DNA of 64,000 bases from Vicugna vicugna (lineage: Eukaryota), in the NCBI GenBank assembly GCA_013265495.1, contig MU058205.1, positions 322,312-386,311 on the forward strand. The letters run 5' to 3'. The notes under the pieces are model-generated. The model did not search any database. It saw only the letters and a program-made list of their open reading frames with translations, and was not told where the DNA came from. Below are positions 1-12,823 of the stretch, piece by piece. A program made the position numbers and the translations under genes. Each line of letters begins with the position of its first letter. Position 1 is the stretch's first letter.

Positions 1-8
1 CCGTCCAT
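1..8 (-). CDS. Putative start of coding sequence (Met-Asp-Gly...) of an unidentified minus-strand gene continuing beyond the left edge
   Basis: Minus strand reads ggtgccATGGACGG, a strong Kozak context (gccATGG), 22 nt after a well-formed acceptor. Under 3 codons are visible, so the product cannot be named. Confidence 0.5.
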
Positions 9-30
9 GGCACCCACCCAGGGTGCCTGC
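1..30 (-). other. Exon 2 (5' part) of the minus-strand gene
   Basis: Minus strand shows a consensus-like branch point CACTAAC (65-71), pyrimidine tract ttccttctgcccccc and CAG|G acceptor (AG at 32-31). A second AG lies 4 nt downstream. Confidence 0.65.
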
Positions 31-574
31 CTGGCCGGGGGGCAGAAGGAACCAGTGAGTCTGAGTTAGTGCCGAGGGCAGCCAGTGAGAAGAGACAGCT
101 CATGGTCTCTGCTGTTCAGATAGGAAATTATTTTTCTGGTCTTTCTCCAAAGAACTGCACTGATAACAAACAGATTGATGCCAATTAAAACAAGAAGGGA
201 GAGCTGGCCCTGTCCCCAGTAGAGGAGCTGGTGGCAAGCATGTCCCAACTGGAAAGCGTTCTGCTTTCTTCTTCCCGCCAGCGCCGAGTGGGGAGGTGGG
301 AACTGGGGCCACCAGGACCCAGGCGGACAGGCCTGAGGGACTCCCGCGTGCCCAGAAGGACAGAGGGCTGAAAACATAATTGGAAGGATTTAGTCTAGGG
401 GCGCTGGGTTTCTGGAAAAGGCCTGGACGGCCTCATTTCCTTGAGGCTTCTAAGAAAAGGGAAGGTTTTCACTGCTTAGAAGGAGAGGAGATAAGATTTC
501 CTAAAGGCAAAGAAGGCGAGACTTGAGTTTCTCTGTGGTGATAATCATCGTGGTGTGGATGAAAGTTGCATCTC

Positions 575-740
575 TAATTTATTAAGAGTTCCCTCAGTGC
601 CAGGCCCCGAGCTAAATGTGTAAGCTCCACTTGACAGAGAAGGAAGCAAAGATTGGGCACAGTTGTGCCCAACACCTCCCAGCTGGGTTTGAACCCAGGT
701 CTCCAAATCTCATTTGCTAACACAGTGCGCTACACTGTCA
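575..740 (-). mobile_element. Degenerate MIR SINE fragment
   Basis: MIR-like motifs (ttgacagagaaggaagc, ctgggtttgaacccaggtctcc). Confidence 0.5.
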
Positions 741-759
741 CTGAACAGAGTGTGGTCTT

Positions 760-1190
760 GTAGCAGTCAGGGCTCCCCAGAGAAGCAGCAAGCTGCCCCA
801 GTATGTGCAGGGGGTGGTCTCCGGGAGAGAGATTGATTTATCTTAAGGAACTGGCTCACAGGATTGTGGACATGTGGTAAGCCCAAAGTTTGCAGGGCAG
901 GCCAGCATGAGGAGAACCAGGAGAGTCACAGTTCACATGCAAAGGCCCTCGCGTGGGCTGACAGAATTCCTTCCCCTTCCAGGAAGCTCAGTCTTTGGGC
1001 TCTGATGGTCTTCAACTGATTGGGTGAGGCCCACCACATTATGGAGGGTCATCTGCTTTACTTGATGTGTACACATTTCAATATCAATCTCATCTAAAAA
1101 ATACCTTCACAGAAACGTCTAGAATAGTATTTGACCACATATCTGGGTATTGTGGCCTGGCCAAGTTGACACATAAAATTAACCATCACA
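760..1190 (-). mobile_element. MLT2-type (ERVL) solo LTR
   Basis: Ends in ccaagttgacacataaaattaaccatcaca, the reverse complement of the MLT2 5' terminus; also aaggaactggctcac and ttcaactgattgggtgaggcccacc. Confidence 0.85.
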
Positions 1191-1197
1191 AGTCCCT

Positions 1198-1290
1198 TCA
1201 GCACCTGCATCACCTGGGAGCTGGTTAGAAACCCCAAATCAGCCCGACCAGACCTACTGAGTCAGCGTCTGCGTGGAGAGTGGGAAATGC
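1198..1290. mobile_element. MER5A-like hAT DNA transposon fragment
   Basis: gcatcacctgggagctggttagaaa...ccagacctactgagtcag core. Confidence 0.6.
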
Positions 1291-2123
1291 TGCCCAAGAC
1301 CGCTGCTCTCTGCTGCTTCTAAGACTTACTACCTGCCTCCCACCGACACCTACAACAACTCAGTGATTTCTCCGGTCGCTCCGATTCCACAGTGAGGGGA
1401 GGTAAAATCTGGATGTTCTGTGATGGGCTGCGCAGGGATTCCTGGTCCCCACTGTAGATCTCACCGCTTCACTCCCTCCACGTCTCCTGAACCCCTCCAG
1501 GTCTGATGCCCTGGGGTCCCAGAACACGCCCCCTTCCTGGTCCACAAGGCATGGAGGTGCCCGCCATCTTCCGTCCCCCACACTGGGGAGATGGCCCTGT
1601 GGGGGGGAGGACCCCAGGCTGTGAGTCAGGAGAACTGGGTTCTGCGTGGATTTCTGACTCTGTGTGACGACAACCCATCACTAGCTACCTTCTCTGGTCC
1701 ATCATTGTCTTAGGTGTAAAAATGAAGGCTTTGTCCCACATCAGTGGCTTTCAAGCCACTCTCTCCCTGCCAGTGGAATCCTTTTGGGTAACTGAAATAT
1801 TACATACAACCCCAAAATGCACAACAGGTGAGACTGGAGAGTGATAAATAAAGGAGAGGAGGGTAGATAACCTTGGCCGAGCCCTACCCAGGCTCCCCCT
1901 TCCCTCCCTCATACCTGCAGGCCACTCCTGAATGTGAGTTTACAGGGAGCAACCTGAACCCCACTGCCAGGTCCCAGGAGGTGGGGGCCTCTTCCAGCCG
2001 CTAAATTCCTCTGCTGAGTCCAAGAGGCCAGGCCCTCCTGAGGCGGCAGGGCGGGTGGGGCAGCGTGGGCTTGACCACCAAGCAGTCGGGATTCACAGCC
2101 CCAGCCTCATGCCTCCTCAGCCT

Positions 2124-2486
2124 TGTTAGTCCCCTCGGGCTGCGATGACAAAGTACACAGGCCGGGAGGCTCCAACAACGGACAGTATTGTCTCTGGACG
2201 TCCAAGATCAAGCTGTCGGCAGGGGTGGTCCCTTCTGAAGTCCGTCTCCTTGGTGTGTAGATGACCGTCTTGTCCCTGTGTCCTCACACGGTCCTCCCTC
2301 CGCGTGGGTCTGTGTTCTAACCTCCTCTTATAAGGACACAGTCAGATTGGATTAGAGATCACACTCATGAGCTCACTTTAATTTAATCCCCTTTCAAAGA
2401 CCCCATCTCCCAATACAGTCCCACCCTGAGGTATGGGGGCTAGGACCCCAACATAGGGATTTGGGGGACACAGAACCCATCATAGC
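2124..2486 (-). mobile_element. MLT1 (MaLR) solo LTR
   Basis: gtccaagatcaag, cctcctcttataaggacac, aaagaccccatctccaatacagtc, gggggacaca motifs. Confidence 0.85.
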
Positions 2487-2656
2487 CCCTCTGGCACTGA
2501 TTTCCTGTGCAGACACCGCTGCAGGGTTCAGGGCTAACCCCAGGCCACTGTCTCAGACACTTCTTCCCCTACTGCCCTCCCCCAGCCCCTCTGGTCGCCC
2601 TCTCACCTGTGCCCACCTGCGGAGGGCTGGGGGGACAAGGACTGGGCCTGACTCAC

Positions 2657-2970
2657 AGAGTGGACAGCAAGACATGAGCAGGGCTTCTGCGGCCTCAGCC
2701 ATTCGAGCTGCTGGAGCAGGGCCCGTGCAGGGGCTCGGCTGCTGGTCCTCGAGGCTCAGGCAGGCGGCTAGCCGCTGGGAGTAGGGTCCACAGCTCCGCT
2801 AAGTCACCCAGAGCAGAAACCAAAGTAGCAGGCCAGCCTCCCAATCAGGACGTGGCAGGGAGGGGACTGACTCCGGCTCAGAGACTGAGACGCAGGAGCA
2901 CTGGGGACAGTGCAGGAGCCCAGGATTTGGTGTTCTGGGCTGTGTCCAGTCAACCCAGGTGGGAGGGTGT
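2657..2970 (-). other. Putative first (mostly 5'UTR) exon of the minus-strand gene
   Basis: Starts ~25-30 nt downstream of the TATA box and ends at donor TCT|GTGAGT (GT at 2656-2655). It pairs with the acceptor at 31 (intron 31-2656). The TSS position is inferred. Confidence 0.55.
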
Positions 2971-2990
2971 GCCAAAGCCTGCCCACTCAT

Positions 2991-2999
2991 CTTTATATA
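2991..2999 (-). promoter_or_regulatory. TATA box (TATATAAAG)
   Basis: Match to TATAWAWR in GC-rich unique sequence, correctly oriented relative to the donor/acceptor pair. Confidence 0.65.
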
Positions 3000-5629
3000 G
3001 AAGGGGGTTTTAGCATGCGCATCACTGCCCGGCCAGAGGCTAGATTTCCTGATCTCCCCAGAGGCCATGTGTGGCATCAGCCATGGGGTCGAAGTAGGAG
3101 TGGAGAGGGCACCGTGTCTTATAAAGAAATCCAAGGCTCCTCTTCCTTACCTGCGCCCCCAGGCTATAGTGCAGACTAGACCACAGGCAGACAACAGCAG
3201 GATAGCCACTGTGAAGGATGTCATGGAGCCAGCCACCTGCTGGACCCCGCCTCTGGAGGCTGCTTCCCACTTCCTTTGTAGTCTGGGAACAGGAGCTGGA
3301 AAATGACTCCCGCTGGGATGGCAGGGGACAAAGAGTGAGGCTGGGAGGACCACTCCTACTGGCCAGCACCCTGGCATATCCTTTAGACACCCAGGAGCCT
3401 CTGGGAGCCTGCAGTCTGCTCACCCAAGGCCCGCTCCCTGTCCACCTGTCCTGTTCCCTCCTGCTTCCCTCTCCACTAGCTTTCCCGACCTCAGACTTCA
3501 AAAGCGCCAAGGTGTCAGCTGTCTGATTTGATCAGTTACTCTGTGCCAGTGACAAAGGGCCCAGGGAATGAAGCTCCTTCTGATTTCAAGTTTTCTAATA
3601 ATTATTTAGGACACATTGATGTGAAATGTTTTCATTTTTTTCTGCGTGTAAGAAAATGATGATTTTCTACTTCCATCTATTAATATAATAAACTATATAA
3701 TTTAGGTTTTGTTAATATTATATTCACTTAGTTTTACTTGATCTCAAGGTATCTTTAGAAAGGAGGGGAAAAGGGAAAGTCCACGGTCGAAGCTCAGATC
3801 TGGAGGCCTGGGCGGTGACGTGTGTATGCTGTGACCACATAAAAGGTGAAATCTAAGGTTGTCAGCATTTTAAGAGTACATTTTTATACAATTTGGACAA
3901 GTAAATAATTTTTAAGAACAGATCACCTGGATCAAATGGGCGATTTCCTGGAGAGCAAGAAGTCTTCTCTAGTAAGATCCCGCGTTATCCCCTTTGTAAG
4001 GAAATTTACTCTCACACAGGGGCTTTGGCGAACTAGCAAAATATCATTGTCTTGGAGACACAAGAGATTGTTCAGTTTACCAATAAAAGATCAAGATCTC
4101 GGATTTTTTTTCTGGACAATAGAGCACTATAAAATACCCGGAGACCTGTGTCCCCAGAATGTGCTGGTGAATGTGTTCCAAACACCCCAGTGATGACCGC
4201 ATCAGGACCAGAATCCTGCTGGGCAAGAGTGGGGCATCAATTTGTGCCTCCCTTGATCCAGGGGTCTATCTGAGGGCTCCATAGAAGCCTGGAAATGGTG
4301 ATCAATGGTATCTGGTTTCATGTTTAAGGAAAAGGATGGCGTGGCAGGGCTTCCTGGGGAGTTTGGTGTGGTGCACGTCACCCCTTCCCTTGGAGAAGAG
4401 GGCAGGAGTGAGGAAGGGTCCTTCACCTCCCCTGATGCCACTGCCCGGCCTGGTGAGTCAAGGAGGGTGGGCGGCAGCAGAGCACGTGCTGAGACGCCTG
4501 GGGTGAGCCGGGGAGGGAAGCAGGGAGAAGGGTGAAGGCAGGAATTCGGTCACCATCAGGGAGGCGTGGCCCCTCTGAAAACCCATTCTGGATGGGCTGT
4601 GGGGGCGGGAGGATAAACAGAACATTCTGGGGCTCTGCTCTGCCTTTTTTGGTGCCACTTAAGCTGAGCAGCATATGGAAGAGATTTTATTTCTTCTCAA
4701 ATGTTGATGCTAATTTTGAAATCTTCTATTCGAACAAGACATCAAACCAAATCATAGGAGAACACACAGATTGTTACCCAAGTGACAGCTCTCCGAAGAC
4801 AAGCCCACATGCTCTGTTCACTTGTTCCAGACCCTGGGCCACCTCGGCAGGGCCCCCACCCACCCCTGATGCTGAGATGGGAGGCGGGCGGCTCCACATG
4901 TCCTGCCCCCAGGATTGCCACACCCTTCATACTTGTTCCCAGACATTTTGTGGGCTTAAATGTCATTCCAGACTAGGGAACAACGCCCACCAGTGGCACC
5001 TCTTGAGAAGCGGGACCCTAGCAAGGCTGTTTCCTGGCAAGACACGGCTTCCAAATTTTTACCCAATGAAAGGACTTTCCTCCTTCAGTTACAGGGTAGC
5101 CGCCTCGTTGGTTCAAAAAAGTCTCCCGGACATTGCTCTCAGCCACCGATGGTGGGCGATGCGTGGCCCTGCCTTGTCCAGGTGGGGAGGGACGATGGAT
5201 CGGGCCGGCGCCCTCCCTGCGGCCAGCCCCCAGCCCCACCCTGCCCTTTCCCATCCACCCTTCCCGCCAGCGCTTCACCCGCATTCACGGCACTCCTGTC
5301 ATGCTACTGGGCATGGCCCACTTGACTGCAGCAAACGTTTTCAAGATAATCATCCTGGAAAAACAGTCTTTGAATCGGACAGGACACAAACATCTGGACT
5401 CCAGAGGCTGATCTAGAAAGGAAACGTGCTCCAGCCCCCATCTGCCCCTCGGAGTGACAGACCCTCCTCTCAGACTGCAGTAAGGGGTCTGGGGTGTGCT
5501 TCCCGGCTTCGGCCGGGTGAAGGGTCTCTCAGTCTTGAGGGCAGCCAGTGGGTTCTTTATCCTGACCCAGATCTTGTGTGGGGAACGATGCACACCCTTC
5601 CAGCTTCCGTTGATTGCCTGTGCAGCCTG

Positions 5630-5890
5630 TGAAAGAGTAATGATGGTCACCAGAACTCAGATGTGTCGGTCACCTGCTACACACCCCACCCTGTCCTAAG
5701 CCTTTTATGTGGCTTATCTGATTTGAACCCTCATCACCACCCTATGCAATGATTATTGCTGTCCCCATCTTATAGAGAAGGAACTGAAGCCTCAAGGACT
5801 TAATAACTTCCGAGATGTCACAGCCCAAAGATGGACAGAAAGCTTTCCAAAGCCAATTCCCTGAATTGTCACATAATCCAGTCTCCCCGA
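5630..5890 (-). mobile_element. MIR SINE
   Basis: attattgctgtccccatcttatagagaaggaactgaagcctcaagg...gtcacagc MIR core. Confidence 0.75.
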
Positions 5891-6399
5891 ACCCACACCA
5901 ACAACCACCTGCTCACAGAGAAGCAGCGAGCCTCCCGACTTCCTGGACTCGACCTCTGGGACATGCTCCTGGCCTTCCCAGCGATGCTCTAGGCCACAGG
6001 GTGGGCCTTGGGTGATGAGTGTTGCAGAAGCTCTTCCTTCAAGCAGGCGGCCTTCCTTCTGCAGCTGCTTTGCTTTCTTGCCTAGGGCTCTGCTCTCGGC
6101 CAGTCCTGCCGCCCGAGTGCCTCCCCGGTCAGCTGTGTGTGTGCCTCTCTGTGCACCCCAACTCAGCACGCTTCCTCCCTGCTCTTGACTCCAAGGCTTT
6201 GAGTGGGGTTCCTCTGGGTCCTCCAGGCTCAGCCTCGGGACAGCAGTGGCCCCTCGCTGGCCCCGCATCTGCCCTGCGCCGGGGGGGCCGCGGATACACC
6301 AGCACAGCCGCAGCACCGTGCTGCCACCAGCTCCCGGCAGCTGAGCCCGACTTGCTGACACTTGGAAGGGGCTTTATAAGCTTCCACGCACACTCATTC

Positions 6400-6560
6400 A
6401 TATTCATGACCAGTGTCCTTTCCTCCTCCTGACAGTCCTGGGAAACCAGCGTTATGATTCCCATTTTATGGTAAAGAAATGACAGCTCAGAGACACTGAG
6501 TAACATGTCCTGGGTCCTATAGCCCCTGTAGGGCCCAGTTTGTCCTGGAGCCCAGGTCCC
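6400..6560 (-). mobile_element. MIR SINE fragment
   Basis: attcccattttatggtaaagaaatgacagctcagaga core. Confidence 0.6.
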
Positions 6561-7392
6561 CGATCCAGTAGTACCGGGCTTCCTCCAGTGTTTATTTGCT
6601 TCAGTGCTGGCCTCTTCGCTGGCCGGCAGGGTGAGGCTGGTGGAAGGAGGCACCAAGGCAGATTCAGACAGGTGGCCCCTCAGACGCTGCTGAATGCTCT
6701 GGGGTCCAGGGGGTCCGGCAGAGAACTCCCTGAGAGGTAAGTTGTGAGCCTGATGCCGAGAGAGCTAAGGGACGTGGGCTGGGGGACACACATCCAGGAG
6801 GGAGGAAGTTGTGCTGGTGAGGAGATGCATTGTCCTGACCCAGCAAGGGCAGCAGCCTGGCCAAGGTGGACCCCACCTCAGGCTGGGGGAGGAGCTGAGT
6901 CAGAGGGGACCTGGGGATCAAAGAGGGGTGGGCAGTCAGTTGTGTGACCAGCGCTGCAGCGGAGGAAAGTCTGGGGATGGGAGAGGAGGAAGGGGTTCGG
7001 TGCAATATTCCAACCTCCGTGCACACCAAACCTTTGACCCGGTAGGGAAACACCAAATCTTCCCCCTAGTCTGCCACGTGGCTTCGCCACTCCAAAAGGC
7101 TGGGCCACAGCTGGGGCCTCAGCAGCCAGCCCCGCCCTGCACGGGCCCCCAGGCCGGGGGCATGGCCACCTCAGCGGTGGGGCCGGCAGAGGGGACCTTC
7201 ACCTGCAGCCCTCTTTCAGCCTCCGCCAGCTGCCGGAAGGAGCTGGGCGGCTTTGCTCCTCTGAGCATGACCCACATATTCTGACATCACAGGACATGGA
7301 AAGTTTTCAAAGTGTGGATTTCTAGGCCCAGCTCGCCAGTGCGGCTGAATCAGTCTCTTCTGATTGGGTGAGTGGATCTCAGTGATCTGGAC

Positions 7393-8260
7393 TTTTTTTT
7401 TTAAATAGACTTTATCTTTCTAGAGCAATTTTAGGTTCACAGGAAAATTGTGTGGAGAGCACGGATTCCCCATAAACCCCCTTTTCCTATACACCTGCAC
7501 AGCTTCTCCCACTGTTAACATCCCCCACCAGACCGGTAGGTTTGTTACAGTGGATGAACCTGCATTAATGCATAATTATCGCCCAAAGCCCAGAGTTTGC
7601 CTTCAGGTTCACTCCTGGTGTTGTACACTCTATGGGTCTGGACCAATGTACACTGAATGATGTGTATCCACCAGTACAGGATCATACAAAGTCGTTTCAC
7701 TGCCCTGGAAATCCTCTGTGCCCCACCTGTTCAAGACTCCCTCCCCCAGCCTCTGACAACCACTGATCTCTTCACTGTCTCCATGACTCTGCCTTTCCCA
7801 GAATGTCATATAGTTGGAATCATATAGCATGTAGCCTTTTCAGACCGGCTTCTTTCACTTAGTCATATGCATTGAACATTAGTGTGTGTCTTTTCGTGGC
7901 TTGATAGGTCATTTCTTTTTAGCACTCACTAATATTCCATTGGATGTACCACAGTTTATCCATTCACCATGAACATCTTGGCTATTTGCAAGTTTGGGCA
8001 ATTATGTATAAGGTTGCTGTTGACATTGGTGTGCAGGTTTTCATGTGGACATATGTCTTCAGCTCCTTTGCTTTGGGTGAACACAAAGAAGCACGATTGC
8101 TAAAGCATACGGTAAAAGTAGATTTAGTTTTGGAAGAGATCGCCAAACTGCCTTCCAAAGTGGCTGTGCCATTTTGTATCCCGCCAGCAGTGAGTGGAGC
8201 TCCTGTTGCTCCACGTCCTCACCAGCATTTGGTGTGGTCAGTGTTCTGGGTTTACACCTC
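7393..8260 (-). mobile_element. Old L1 3' end (L1MC-like)
   Basis: Poly(T) then aaatagactttat...ttttaggttcacag; ccttttccagaatgtcatatagttggaatcata; ccaaagtggctgtgccattttg. Confidence 0.85.
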
Positions 8261-8568
8261 TCTCATCGCGATCTGTAATCTGAACTTTTAACAAGACTGA
8301 GAGCCACTCTCTGGAGGGGCGTCCCTGTCTGAGACATCGGGAGCAGCAAACTGTGTTGCAGGCACTGGGGGAATTTGAGAAAAGCAGCCCCAGGACCTCT
8401 GGAATGCCAGCTGGGGTCCCAAGGCCGGGTCTGCACTTAGTGTAGCTGCACTGGATTAACAGCCGTTGGGTGATGCCTTAGCTGGGGGTTTCTGAACTCC
8501 TAGAACCTTCTAGAAGTTTTGTGAAGAATCCTCAGGTAATGGTGGAGGTTTGCTTTATTTAGCTGTTT

Positions 8569-8572
8569 TCTG

Positions 8573-8603
<31 letters not shown>

Positions 8604-8604
8604 T
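8569..8604. repeat. (TTTTG)n microsatellite
   Basis: Direct reading. Confidence 0.9.
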
Positions 8605-10039
8605 AAGGGGCCAAATTCAAACCTCCAAATGTGTGTTCCAACCCGCGCTGGCTCACAGCAGCCCTGTTTGGCCTCGGTCCCGGTTAGTTATTGCTGGAAC
8701 ACAGAGCAGCAGTCACGCTCGGCGAACTTGCCAGGGCCAGGATCCCCGACCACCCCCGAGGGCCCCGTGACGCAGGGGGCTCTGTCAGCAGTTTCCAGCA
8801 CTGAGGAGGCCTTGGCCTTGAGCCAGCCCAGACACGTGGGGGCTGGGCTGCCCTGCACACACCGCCTCCCTGCCCCAGGCCTACGCTCAGGGCTTCCCAG
8901 CCATCAGGACCAGTCTCATTAAACTTGCAGAGCGAGCCTGGTGGGTGTTCAGCTTGCTCAGAGAGCCTTCCAGAATCTTCCAGCAGAGCCTGGCCCACTT
9001 CCGGATGTAAGCCACAGGAACTCAGCAGCCCCAGATCTCAGCACTGCTGTCTGCAGCCGTGGCCCTTTCTGGCCCCGGCCCTGCCCGGTGTGGGTGTGGA
9101 GGGGAAGGGGCGGGGAGGGAGAGAGCCGTCTGAGGCGGGATGATGGGATCCGATCTTGCTCTTTGGGTGGGACCTGTCTCCGTTCATTCAGTGCATTTAG
9201 AAAATGGGACTGAGACACCTGCATCCTCTTCCCGCTGGGGCACTGAATCCCTGATGCTCTCCCCACTCCCTCGGGAGAGCAAGGTCAAACAGTCCCTCTC
9301 GGGGGGCCCCGCTTCACGTTCCTGGGGCCTCCACACACCTCTGTGGATTTGTAAGGTCACCTCCGCAACAGAGCCCGGCTCAGCAGATTTAATCCAAAAC
9401 AAGCTCCTTCAGGCACCCCATTGGAGAGACTCCGTCAGGCAGACTTACACTGGGGGGAGCGATTTGAAGGAGAGGCAACTAAAATGCCCCTGGGGCTTGG
9501 GGAGGAGAGTCGCCTTTTTCCCCAGATTCTGCCTCTCACAGTGGAAAAGACGCATAGCCTCAGACACCGCCCAGATGTGAGCCCCCAGGCAAGGCCCGGG
9601 CCCCCGCTGATGGCAGGGCACGCCTTAGTCACTCCATCAGCTTCAACTGCTCCTTCTACTTTCTCCAGAGAATCATCCTGCTGCCAAAATCTAACCCCAG
9701 GACGATGGTGATGTCAGCGACGCTCTCGGGAACTGTGCCAGCAGGACGCCCGGAAAGCCGGGCCCTCGGCTGCAGTCACCAGGGGTCTTCGGTGTTTGTC
9801 TTGACTCCACCACCTGCAAATCCACCACCAGGGGTGGCTCTGCCCGGGCCTGGGGAAAGGAGAGTCCCCTGTGGACAAGGAGAGTTTTTCTGGTGATGTG
9901 AGCTCCATGAGCGACCACAGTTCAGTTACTAACGCACCCCCTGTGAATGTCGTTCAAAGCGAAAACTCGGGCCTGGGGCCGGCAGGACGCCTGCAGACAG
10001 AACAGAGACCAGGTGGATCCGCCTGCTGGGGCCGGAACG

Positions 10040-10350
10040 GGGAGCCCCAGACCCCGCAGCTTAAACAACCGATGCCTGTTTTCTCCCAGTTCCGGAGACG
10101 GGAAGCCCCAGGTCACAGTGTCGCCAGGGCTGGTTTCTCCTGAGGCCTCTCTCCTTGGCTTGTGGGTGGTCACCATCTCCCTGTGTCCCAAAGGACCAGT
10201 CACACTGGACCAGGCCCAACCTGATGACTTCATACAACTTAATCTTCTCTTTTAAGTCCCTGTCTCCCAATACTGTCACATTCTGAGGTTCTGGGGGCTA
10301 GAAATTCAACACAGTGGGGAGGAGGAGGGGACACAATTCACCTGATAACA
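10040..10350 (-). mobile_element. MLT1 (MaLR) solo LTR
   Basis: gcttaaacaac, ctgaggcctctctccttggcttg, gtcacattctgagg, ggggacacaattca. Confidence 0.8.
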
Positions 10351-12392
10351 CCTGGGAGCCTCTTCTGTCCCCGCCAGTGTTTCCCCCGCCGCCCCTCCCT
10401 GGCCTTGGCCTCCCCGGGACTAGAGCCGGGGCGGGCAGAGCCTTGGTGGGAGGGAAGGGTTCTCTCTGTCTGGCTTTGGAGCCCTGTGGCCACAGTGCAC
10501 GTGGAAAACTGGCCTTTCTCTTGGGAGTGTCTACTTGGGTCCTTCGGGGGCCCTCTCCTGGGGTTCCCGGGGCCCTTCCACCTCCAGTTCTCCTGACAAG
10601 GGTGACGCTCTGCCCAGCTGGCCACAGCAGCTCGCCTTCAGTCCCTGGCTTTTGGAGGTTCATCTGCACACAGGAGGTGGGGGCACCCTCTTTTGGGGTG
10701 TCGAGGACAGAGGCCCCAGGCCTGATCTCTCAGGAGAGACCCGTTCCCCTTCTGGTGCAGCCTTTGGCAGACTGACAACCTCCCACCCGCAGCCAGTGTC
10801 TCAGCTCCTCCAGCCGCCTCACCAGTCCCTCACCCTCTGACTCTCGGGCCAATGTCAGACCTGTGTCCCCCTGTCAGCACCTCAATGTGTCTGCTTAAAG
10901 CCCCCTGCCCTAAACTGGAAGTGTGGGGACAGACCCCCACTCCTTCCCCACAGAAGGGGAAGGACTTACTGCACACCCAGCGTTAAGAATCCTCTCTTGA
11001 ACCACTCACCTGTCTCCATCTCTTTTATCGGCAGCCAGACACTGCCCAGAGACCTGTGACAGGTCAGCCAGGGGGGCTGGGGCCCATCCTGGGAACACGG
11101 GGCTACTGGCCACTTACTGACTGGAGCCTTGAGTGAAAATCAGGCAGAGGCCCGTCTAATCACCCCTTACAAAGTGCAGCGTCAATCAGGGGCGGACGCT
11201 GGGGGCTGTGGATGGGACGGCGGGAGCGACACTCACCACCAGCTGGAAGCAGCCTTTTCCTCCCAGCCTCGGGCTGTGGGTTCAGACAGACCAGCGCCTC
11301 GGGCTTTGGGCTTTGGGGTCTGAATTAACCCCTTCCAGAGGCACCTTAACTGAGTGGTGGTGTTTTTCTAGCAATGTGCTCGCCCCGTTCAAAGACAGAC
11401 CAGTTAAGACAGCAAAATATCATGATAACCTTAGCATATTTTTTTAAATATGATGCAACTTAGATAAAGTTCAAAGAAACACAAGCAGACCTGGAGGGGA
11501 GAGAGAGCAAGCGTGGAAAAGAAAGTGAGGAGATGGGTGAGGACCCAGCCGGGGCCAGCGGAGGCCTTGGTCTGGGATTTCGCCTGAGGGGTCAGCGATC
11601 GGGCCCTCCTATCACCAGCTTCAAAGGGTCAGAATCTTTTTTTGACATTGGGTTAAAAATACCAGATCTGAGTCTCACTTACAAAGTCGTGACATTCAAT
11701 GCTCCTCAGTTTTGTAAACATTCCTGGTGTTCAGAGCTGGAGACCCTTGGCGGCTTGTTTGTTCTGTTACAGAGGACGTGGCTGTATATCTTTCCTCATC
11801 CCAGAAAAAAGATGAGACTGTTTTTCCCTGCACCACTGCTCAGAGTTTCTTCTTTCTTCTTCTTTCCCTCTGTGGACTGATGCACTGACAACACAGACCT
11901 CTCCCCAGGCCCCTGCTCTCCCCTTCCCTGACTCTGCCCTGGGGACCTCAGTGCCACGTCTACAGATAATGCACCTTGAGCTGTGTGCTTTTCCCTCTGG
12001 GGCTGCAGTTGAACAATTCAGCTACCAGTTCCTCAGCTGGTGGCCCGACACCATCCTCTGGCTCCGTGAGGCTGCTCAACACACAGTCATTCAGTCCTCA
12101 TGTCCCTTTATCCCCAGCTCCTGCCATGCCTCTCCTCCGCACAGCCTCGTGGTACCACGGCCTCCTCCCAGCCCTCCTCCCACACTGGTTCCTGTAGGGT
12201 TCCTTTAAGTGTGATGTCAGCTGTGGATATTTTGTAGATGTCCTCCACCTAACTGAGGACATTACCCTCTATTCCTAGTTTGGTGAGTTTTTTAAAATCA
12301 TGAATGGGTATTGGATTTTGCCAAAATTTTGTCTACATTTATTGATATGATCATGTAATTTTTGTTCTTCAGTCTATCGATATGATGGATTA

Positions 12393-12823
12393 TGTAATGG
12401 ACTGAATGTTTAACCCCTGTCCCAGATTCATATGTTAAAACCGTAACCCCCAATAGAGCTCTGTTTGGAGATGGGACCTCTAAGGAAGTGATCAAGGTTA
12501 AATGAGATTGTAAGCATGGAGCCTTGATCCAACAGAATTGGTGTCCTTATAGGAAGGACTTCCTTATATTAGTGCCCTATACAAGAGACACTGGAGAGCT
12601 CACCCTCTCTTTTTCCATGTGCAGGTACCAAGGAAGGCCGTGGGAGGACCCAGTGAGAAGGTGGCCATCTACAAGCCAGGAAAAAAGTTCCCACCAGAAA
12701 CCAGATTCCCTAGCACCTTGATCTTGGACTTGCAGTCTCCAAAACTTGGAGGAAATACATTTCTGTTGTTCAAGCTACCCAGCCTGTGGTGTTTTGTTAT
12801 AGCAGCCTGAGCAGACTAAGACA
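12393..12823 (+). mobile_element. MLT1A-like MaLR solo LTR nested in L1
   Basis: tgtaatggactgaatg 5' end; gtgagaaggtggccatctacaagccagg; ttatagcagcctgagcagactaagaca 3' end. Confidence 0.9.

Noticed and set aside
1..8. Naming the gene from its MDG start (e.g. MAS1, SDSL, SLC6A12, ADAMTSL2)
   Set aside because: Three residues are not diagnostic, and I recognised neither the UTR nor any neighbouring gene
653..672. Perfect 9-bp inverted repeat ttgggcaca-gt-tgtgcccaa resembling a steroid response element
   Set aside because: Spacer is 2 nt rather than the 3 nt of GRE/ARE sites, it lies in a MIR-like relic, and one such palindrome is plausible by chance
4532..5416. 294-aa ORF, the longest in the track
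   Set aside because: Non-ATG start, P/S/R/H-rich composition typical of chance ORFs in GC-rich DNA, no recognisable domain
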